From contig NC_086109.1 of assembly GCF_963921235.1 (NCBI RefSeq), positions 25,112,001 to 25,172,000 on the forward strand: a DNA stretch of 60,000 nucleotides, read 5' to 3'. The DNA is from Mobula hypostoma. Its lineage: Eukaryota. Shown one piece after another: positions 51,457 through 60,000 of the stretch (the stretch's first letter is position 1; each line of letters starts with the position of its first letter). The notes under the pieces are model-generated. The model did no database searches. It was given only the letters and a program-made list of their open reading frames with translations, and was not told the origin of the DNA. A program made the translations under genes and the position numbers.

Positions 51457-51529
51457 TAGGGGTTTCCCAACCTGGAGTCCACGGTTAATGGTAGGGGTCC
51501 GCAGCATAAAAAAGGTTGGGAAATCCCTG
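51457..51529. mobile_element. hAT MITE
   Basis: TIRs taggggtttcccaacc / ggttgggaaatccctg; 7/8 TSD agttagga / ggttagga. Confidence 0.8.
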
Positions 51530-52219
51530 GGTTAGGATAAGAGGATTTGAGGGAGTATTGCTCATTCAGAACATCTGCCCTCTAGTGTCTCATTCTCAAT
51601 GGTTCATCCAAATACTCACAAGACTTTTATCACAGAGCACTGAGATGGGTTGGACCAGTCATAACTTTGATTCCTCCAATCCACCCCCCACACAATCCCC
51701 CCCCCCACCCCCCGTCAACAAGCCGTGCACCAATTCACTTTTATGTGAGGAAGTTCCATTTTACCTGCTCTCCATACTTATTCGGTCATAGCTCGAATAA
51801 CTATCTGCCAAAGTACATCTTTCCTAAATTTCTGTGCACTTTGTGACAATGTTGATGCTCCCAAAAATAGTTGTTTCTATTCAGAAAACTTCCCAGTTAT
51901 TAAACACCTTATCATATATTCTGACTCTAGTCTATAAAGCATTTTGCAACAGCTCCTAAACTGGTGAATTTGGCTTCCATGTCCTCTGGGACTTCAATGT
52001 TTTCCCTGAAGTGGGGTGCACATTAGTTACAAGTTCTGTTGGGTGGATTTTGAATGCAGCATTGAAAGAAAAGAACTAGTAGTGTTAAGACCCTCAGCAG
52101 CATGCGGATTTGGATGAGTCAGAAAGAAGCATCGACTTGATGGAAAGTGTCATGGAAGATTTTAAACAGACAGGGGTTGTTTAATTGTCTAACTGAATCT
52201 CTCTCATAAATTTTTCCAG

Positions 52220-52473
52220 GCTGGCTGTATGACTACACACGGACATATGACTGTTCCTTTTATCTGGCGGGCATTTGCTACATTTTGTCCGCCATTCCTC
52301 TGTTCTTGGAGCCCACAGCACGTAGATACAAGGCGAGGAAACAAGCAGAGACTCAGACAGTGAAGACTGAAACCATAGCTAACGTAGCCTGTATAGCAGA
52401 ACGTCAAAATGGACGAATTATTGTTCCAACTGATGTGAGAACTGAGAAGCTGGAACATATCAGCTCTGTGTAA
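52220..52473 (+). CDS. SLC16A4: SLC16A4 last coding exon (TM12 + C-tail)
   Basis: tttttccag|, 254 nt to TAA. (G)WLYDYTRTYDCSFYLAGICYILSAIPLFLEPTARRYK...EKLEHISSV*. Frame is continuous through all 7 exons. Confidence 0.95.
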
Positions 52474-52478
52474 ATAAA
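52473..52478 (+). promoter_or_regulatory. Candidate proximal poly(A) signal overlapping the stop codon
   Basis: gtgTAAATAAA; further AATAAA motifs lie downstream (e.g. ~53180), so usage is unknown. Confidence 0.25.
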
Positions 52479-53855
52479 ACTTAGTCCAACGAGGAACTTG
52501 AATATATTTAATACACTGCAGTGGTGAAATCTCGTCTGATGCAAATTCAAGAACCTAGGGCTCCAAGAAGATTGTGCAGCAACAGTAACTGTGCATCAAA
52601 GTATTGTTTTTGATGCAATTCACTGGAGAAAAAATTATAAGCTGTGAATTTTTGGGGGTCATCGCGAGGTAGGAAAATGCCAGATTTTAAAAAAACAAGA
52701 AAATTCTTCAGTGATTTGCACTTCTCATCCATGTGAAATTCAGATCATCCCTGGATTTGAAACAAAGTAAAATATCTAACCATTCACACTGTCAATGCAC
52801 TTTAATCCATTGTAGAAACCTTCCATCAGTAGCAACAACACAATTCACTTTTCATATTTATCACCACCAGACAGCCTCACTTGGAAGTAGTTTAACGCTA
52901 AACTTTAGTCACTTTTGTATTTGGGTTCTGCCAAACCGAACTGAGCCATTTTGCACAGAGATAACCATACTGTCAATTCTCCCAGCATGGCAACCTAACT
53001 CCTTTTAACAAATTTCAAACGGGGTAGCGGGTGAAACTAATATCTGACACACAGTAACACCCAATTTTACATAAGGTACTATGGGTTCAAGATCTTATCA
53101 AACTCAACATCACTTCATTTGCCCTTGAGCCAGCCTTCCTCATTCTCATCCAAAACGCAAAACCACTATTTTATTAATTAATAAAACTCTTTCTTGGGAC
53201 TTATCCATTTTATGATTGATTACTTTAAACTTAATGTTCATTATTACCCACCCTACAATTCATTTTATTGATGAATATTGGCAGTTTTTAGTAGCTTCCA
53301 GATATGCTGACCAAATAAAGCAATACTGGGGCAGTATTAGAGGACACAGAGTGCCAAAGAGTTGCCTTTAACTAATTTTTAAAAAACTTACAAGTTCTTG
53401 TTTTCAATTAAGTTATTATAAAGATTAAATAGTATCCTTCATTCTGCTGAAAACCCAAGCCACAGTGATTTGACTATATTTGTTTGTGTTCCATCCTCTA
53501 TAGCCAGACGCTGCTATTATAAAAGGTCCTTAACATTATAGTCCTTTTATTATCAGATCAAAATACAGTACATATGTATGGTATTTAATGCCTTGCGGTA
53601 CAAGAGCACAACGGGCCAACTCTCCAAGGCTCAGGTGAAGGGTATTTCAGCATATTTTCACTTAATAAAATCAGACCTATTGTATATTTCAATTTTATTT
53701 TTATTTCAAAATTATAGAATGTGTACATTTTCTTTCTTCCCCAGTTTATAGGTTTAAAGACATCAGCTACTCTCAGCCCAATTAACAAACGGTTAAATGC
53801 AGAATAAAATTTTATGTTTCTCTGACATCAAGAAATACTTGCATGTCATTCTAAC

Positions 53856-54019
53856 GCCGGCCGGTGGTGTAGTGGCGAGCGGTCCTGCTTTCGAATACGG
53901 CTGGCTCCTTGCATGCCTTCCATCCCTGCTGAGTCGAACGGCCTCGTAAAAAAGAGAAAATGCTAAAGAAAGGGCAAGGTTGCCACCCAATGTGCCACAA
54001 GGCACGGAGAGGAACAACA
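53856..54019 (+). mobile_element. tRNA-derived SINE (same head as 3871-4076)
   Basis: gccggccggtggtgtagtgg A box, ttcgaatac B-box-like, (aac)n tail; imperfect TSD atgtcattcta / atgtcacttta. Confidence 0.7.
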
Positions 54020-56159
54020 ATGTCACTTTAATGAAGTAAACATTCTATAATACCTCACAGATACTAAACAAGAGGGAATTAGGCTTATAAAGTCTGAAAG
54101 TAAATGCTGAGGCCAAGATAATTTTGGGAAAAAACAAGGAATTGATCAAAAGCTATGATTGATGCTTGATGAATATGCAGAAAGAGTCAGAGGGCATACA
54201 ATGTAGGCAAACAGTAAAGGACAACAAAATCCAGACACTGGGACAAAGATTTGTGTTCATTTTGTTGGAAATGGAAACAGTTAATGGTTGACAAGATTAG
54301 GAGACATTGTTGACGGGATTTTCAGTGACTTCTGATAGATATAAAGAAATGATTAGAAACTAATATTTTGGGAAACCATTTGCAGACAACATGAAGTTAG
54401 ATCTGCCATATCCATACCTTAGTTGAAAATCTCAACAACTTTAATGTTGATTTCTGGGCCTACTTGAGCTTCATTAGCTTACTATCTCCATCGATGCTAG
54501 TATTTGTTATTGATTCGTTAGAGCTAGAACTGTGGGAATCATTAAGTCCCAAGTTTGTCTTTGTTGTGTATGACAGTATCTTCCACATGGAATCACTCTA
54601 ACAGTAAGACATCAATTCTGCACGCAGTGCAATTGCTATCATGCATATAAAATATGAACCCACTGCAAATGAGCACTGACATTACTCATACTCAGTCTAT
54701 TTTCACCCTTTCTTGATAAACACATTTTATTTTTTATCAATCTTTCCCAATTAATAAACAATCAATCTTTTCTATGGAAATGGATTTATACTTTTTAAAA
54801 CAGTGGCAAGAGATTTTAGATTTTATTGTATATAAAATAAATGTCATTTTTGTTTTCTTGGGATGTGTCTCAGACCCAAGATAATGGCAAAAGGTCATAG
54901 CTCCAGTTATTCTGTGGCAATTGTAAAATAGATATTGTGGCCATTTAGCCAAACACCGTGTGTCATACCCTCTGCAAAATCTGCCTTCTCATAGGGGATA
55001 ACCTAATCAGAGCCCCATCCGCAGATGCTCTGGATTATTACTTGGCAGTAACTGTGTAGTTGGAATTTTCTTTATATTCCAGATAGCAACAACACATTGA
55101 ATTAAATAGTGAAAGATAGATAGATGCAGTAAAAATATCCATCACAATTTCAGATCAATTTTTGACAAGCAATGGGAACACTCACTCTACCTAATTATTC
55201 AGCTTTGTTCTCACACGATAAACACTTTTCAATGCTTTTAATCAAACTTGCTGAGAAGGAAACCCAGGGAATTGAGTAGAACAGACTTCAGCCTAATTAT
55301 CTGAGCCTTCTGCTTGGGCAGCCGTCAGTTGTAGCAGAGCTGATCGTCTCATTACTGAGACAGATGTGGATTCAAGTCCCACTCCAGAGATTTTGTATCA
55401 GACCCCATGCAGACTCTTAGCCGAGGCCTCAGGAGCTCCCTTTCAGAGATACTGATTTTGAATAAAATATTAAAGCTGCTCCATCAGGTAGATATTAAAG
55501 ATTTTATGCAATTATTTTGCATAGAATACCTATAGCCCCAGCTGAGTATTATCTCCCCACTGAAATCAAAATGGATTATTTAGTTATTTCACAGTGCTGT
55601 TTGTAGGAATATGGTGTGTGGATATTGGCAGCTAGTAACTTTCAGTATATGCTGAGGTTGTGGAAAAAAAAACACCATCTGCAGAGAAGACTCTCTCTTT
55701 TAGGTCACTGTGAAGTAATAATCGATGGGACATAAAAGCAGTACTGATTTGTTCTTTCCATTTCTGATTATGTGACTACAAAATAATGGCTCAAACTCAA
55801 CTGGTTCAGAGAAGGAATAAACGTTCACCTCCTTTTCATTTTTTATCATTACGAGTTTTTAAGTGAAATCAGAATTCGATCATAGAGTTTACAAGCAGGT
55901 TTTGAGATCTTTTCCTGACAACTTCAAAGGCTATATAACAGCCTGAAATAGTGCAAATAAAAAATGATCAGAACAGTTAGTACATAATTCTTGAAACAAT
56001 TCAGTACCACATAGATGAGACAAAATTACTTCTCTTTAGATGTATCTGGTGGGCAAGGGATAAGGAAAGAGATGAGAGACACGCAGGGCGAGACATGCAC
56101 ACATAAGAGGGCGACGGAGGGAGGGCAACAGACAGCATGGCAGAAGGACAGACAGAGAA

Positions 56160-59100
56160 CAACAGAGTCACAGAAGTGCAGGACAGAAACAGGCCTTTTG
56201 GCCCATCTAGTCCATGCTGAAACCATTAAAACTGCCTGCTCCCATCGACCTGCACCAGTCCCATGGCCCTCCATGTACCTATCCAAACTTCTCAAGCATT
56301 GAAATTGAGCTTGTATGCACCACTTGTGCTGGCAACTCATTCCACACTCTCACAACCCTCTGAGTGAAAACATTTCCCCTCATGTTTCCCTTAAACTTCT
56401 CACTTTTCACCCTTAACCCATAACCTCTGGTTGTAGTACCACCCAACCTCAGCGGAAAAAAACCTGCTTGCATTTATCTTATCTATACCCCTCATAATTT
56501 TGTCTACCTCTATCAAATCTCCTCTCAATCTTCTATGTTCTAAAGAACACAGTCCTAACTTATTCAATCTTTCCTTATAACTCAGATCCTCGAGACCTGG
56601 CAACATCCTTGTGAATTTTCTCTGTACTATTTCAACCTCGTTTACACCCTTCCTGTAGGTAGGTGGCGAAAACTGCATACAATACTCCAAATTAGGCTCA
56701 CCAACATCTTATACAACTTCAACATCCTATCTCCTGTGCTCAACACTTCGACTTATGAAGGCCAATGTACCAAAACTTTTCTTTAAGGACCTGTATTCCC
56801 AGATCCCTTTGTTCTATCACCCCTCAGTGGCCTACCATTCACTGTATAAAACCCACTGTGGTTGGTCCTACCTCACACTTGTCTACTTTAAATTCCATTT
56901 GCCATTTTTCAGCCTATTTTTCCAGCTGATGCAGATCTCTCTGCAAGTCATGATAGCCGTCCTCACTGTCCACTACAGACCCAATCTTGGTGGCGTCCAC
57001 AAATTTGCTGATTCAGTTAACCACATTATCATCCAGATCACTGATACAAGACGATAAGATATAGGAGCAGAAGTAGGCCATTCGGCCCATCGAGTCTGCT
57101 CCGCCATTCAATCATGGGCTGATCTAATTCTTCCAGTCAAACCCAATCCTCTGCCTTCTCCCCATACCCTTTGAACCCTGGCTAATCAAGAACGAACCTA
57201 CCTACCTCTACCTTAAATACACACAGTGACTTGGCCTCCACAGTTGTTCATGGCAACAAATTCCACAGATTTACCACCCTCTGACTAAAGTAGTTTCTCT
57301 GCATCTCTGTTCCAAATGGACATCCTTCAATCCTGAAGTCATGCCCTCTAGGCCTAGACTCCCCAACCACGGGAAATAACTTTTTGCCGTATCTGATCTG
57401 CTCAGGCCTTTAACATTCAGATGAATATAGATGACAAACAAAAAACCCAGCACTGATCCTTGTGACACAGCAGCCACAGGCCTCCATTTAGAAAGGCAAC
57501 CCTCTACTACCACACTCTCACTTCATCCACAAAGCCAACGTCTAATCCAATTTACTACCTCATCCTGAATGCCGAGCGAATGAACCTTCTTAACCTGCCT
57601 CCCATGCAGGACCTTGTCAAATGCCTTACTGAAGTCCATGTAGACAACATCCACTGCCTTGCTTTCATTCACTTTCATGGCAGCCTCCTCAAAAGACTCT
57701 AAGTTTGGTTAGACATGATCTACCACACATGATGCCATAATGACTATCCTTAATCAGCCCACTTCTATCAAAATACACATATCTGGTCCCTTAGAATACC
57801 TTCCATTAATTTTCCTATAACTGATGTGAGACATACTGGCCTATAATTTCCCACTTTATGTGCAGAGCCATTTTAAACAGAAGAACAATATTGGTTATCC
57901 TCCAATCCTCTGGTACCTCTCTTGTTGCTAAGGATGTTTTAAATATCTCTGCTAGGGTCCCAGCAATTTCTGCACTTGCCTCCCATAGGGACTGAGGGAA
58001 CACTTCGTCAAGCACCGGGGAATTATCCACTCTGATTTGCCCCAGGGTAGCAAACATCACTTCCAGGGTTCATGAAGTTGATGCCGCTTTGCCTTACTTC
58101 TATAGACTTTGTGTCCATCTCCTGAGTAAATTCAGATACAAGTAATTCTTTTAAGATCTCCCTCATCTGTTTTGGCTCCACAGATGACTAATCATTCTGG
58201 ACATCCAGAGGACCAATTTTGTCCTTTGCAAACCTTTTGCTCTTAACATATCTGTAGGACCCCTTAGGATTCTCCTTCACCTTGTCTGCTAAAGCAACTT
58301 CATGCCTTCTTTTAGCCCTTCTGATTTTTTCTTAAGTGTTCTCTTGCATTTCTTATACTCCATAAGTACCACTTTTGCCCTATCTGCTACGCACCCCCTT
58401 TTTTTCCCTTAACCAGGGCCTCAACATCTCTTGAAAACCAAGGTTCCCTACACTTGTTATCTTTACCTTTTACTCTGACAGGCACATACAAGCTTTGTAA
58501 TTTCGTTTTTGAAGGCCTCCTACTTTTTGTCAAACGGCCTCTCCCAATCCACGCTTGCCAGATCATCTCTGCTACCAACAAAAGTGGCTTCTCTCTAATT
58601 TAGAATGTCAACCCGCAGACCAGACCTATGTTTTTGCATATTTACTTTGAAGCTAATGGTATTGTGGTCACCGGATGCAAAGTGTTTCCCTACAGAAACA
58701 TCTGTCACCTGCCCCATCTCATTCCCTTTGCATATCCAGAATCACACACTCTCATTGGGACTTCAACATACTGATGAAGGAAACTTTGCTGAACACATTT
58801 GACAAACTCTATCGCACCTAATCCTTTCACAATATGGGATTCCCAGTCAATACACTGAAAGTTAAAATCACCTACTATAGTAACTTAAACAACAGGAATT
58901 CTGCAGATGCTGGAAATTCAAGCAACACACATCAAAGTTGCTGGTGAACGCAGCAGGCCAGGCAGCATCACTAGGAAGAGGTACAGTCGACGTTTCAGGC
59001 CGAGACCCTTCGTCAGGGGTCTTGACCCTTCGTCAAGGGTCTCGGCCTGAAACGTCGACTGTACCTCTTCCTAGAGATGCTGCCTGGCCTGCTGCATTCA

Positions 59101-60000
59101 CCAGCAACTTTGAAGTGTATTACTATAGTAACTTTGTGTTTCTTGCAACAGTCTGCGATCACTTTACAAATTTGTTCCTCTAAATCCCTAGAAATGTTAG
59201 GTGGTCTGTAATATAGCCCCAATAACGTGGTCAAACCTTTTTTATTTCTCTGTTCCACCCATAACGGCTCACTAGTCGAGTTCTCCAGTCTGTCCTGATA
59301 GAGCACTGCTATGACGTTTTTTCCTGACTAGTTCCACCACCCCCTTCCTTTAACCCCTCCCACTCCATTTCGTCTAAAACAACGGAACCCCGGAATATTG
59401 AGCTGCCAGTCCTGCTCCTCCTGCAACCAAGTTTCACTAATGGCCACAACATCATAATTCCAGGTGTTGATCTATGCCCTAAGCTCATCCGCCTTTCCTA
59501 TGATACTTCTTGCATTGAAGTATATGCAGCTCAAGACCCTAGTCACACCATGCTCAACCTTTTGATTTTTGACTTTGAGGTCTTACCAACATCTGTCTTC
59601 CCAACCTATCCACTAATTGTTCTGGCACTCTGGTTCCCATCCCCCGGCAACGCTAGTTTAAACCCCACCAGGCAGCATTAATAAACCTTCCTGCTACAAT
59701 ATTAGTCCCCCTCCAGTCTAAGTGTAAACTGTCCTTTCTGTATACGTTCCCTGGAAGAGAGCCCAATGATCTAAAAATCTTATGACCTCCCTCCTACACC
59801 AACTCCTTAGCTACATGTTACTCTGTATAATCTTCTGAGTTCTGGCCTCTCTAGCACTTGAGAACACAACCCTGGAGGTCATGCCTTTAAATTAGCAGCT
59901 AACTTCCTATGCAGAACCTCATCACTCATCCCACCCGTGCCATTGGTACTGACATGGAGCATGACCTCTGGCTGTCCACAATCTCACTGCTGAGGACTCA
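56160..60000 (-). mobile_element. Long decayed CR1 LINE (ORF1 esterase end, endonuclease, RT, 3' UTR) with nested inserts
   Basis: Motifs EVMLHVSTN (SGNH-like ORF1), LGLYYRPPN...VTIVGDFN (APE endonuclease), VSQGSVLG (RT), LEYCMQF...LRGDLIEV. A second CR1 3' end lies at ~57050-57425 and a PLE insert at 58887-59120. Runs off the window end. Confidence 0.92.
58887..59120. mobile_element. Young fold-back PLE element
   Basis: Perfect 14-bp TSD tactatagtaactt (58873-86 / 59121-34); 84-bp inverted arms 58927-59010 / 59035-59118 with 81/84 matches. Confidence 0.92.

Noticed and set aside
147..59306. Most short ORFs in the supplied track
   Set aside because: They are alternative frames of TEs or low-complexity sequence; only the SLC16A4 exons form a coherent gene.

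Overview
Eukaryotic, repeat-dense vertebrate DNA. The repeat set (V-SINE/HE1-type, Deu-domain SINEs, CR1, Rex/Babar, Penelope-like elements) suggests a cartilaginous fish, probably a ray; the taxon is inferred. One host gene is present: SLC16A4 (MCT5, orphan SLC16 transporter) on the + strand. It has 7 coding exons with canonical AG/GT sites and consistent phases (20294-20426, 22961-23104, 26015-26176, 28299-28910, 42835-43046, 44868-44961, 52220-52473; 1611 nt = 536 aa + stop). The first coding exon (DGGWGW motif) was not found in the window. Introns and flanks carry a complete but decayed Tf1/sushi-type Ty3/gypsy chromovirus (15597-19458, 5-bp TSD), CR1, Rex/Babar and Tx1 LINE remnants, Tc1 and hAT derivatives, and many Penelope-like element (PLE) pieces. 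The most notable non-genic signal is a family of 38-nt minimal hammerhead ribozymes in the PLE terminal repeats. Three copies have intact cores and about a dozen are decayed. Some moved as short TSD-flanked solo or fold-back elements, and several fold-back junctions sit at the predicted self-cleavage site. Two cryptic degenerate minisatellites (~30 bp and ~21 bp) lie in introns. Everything was read by eye; no searches were run and TE boundaries without a TSD are approximate.
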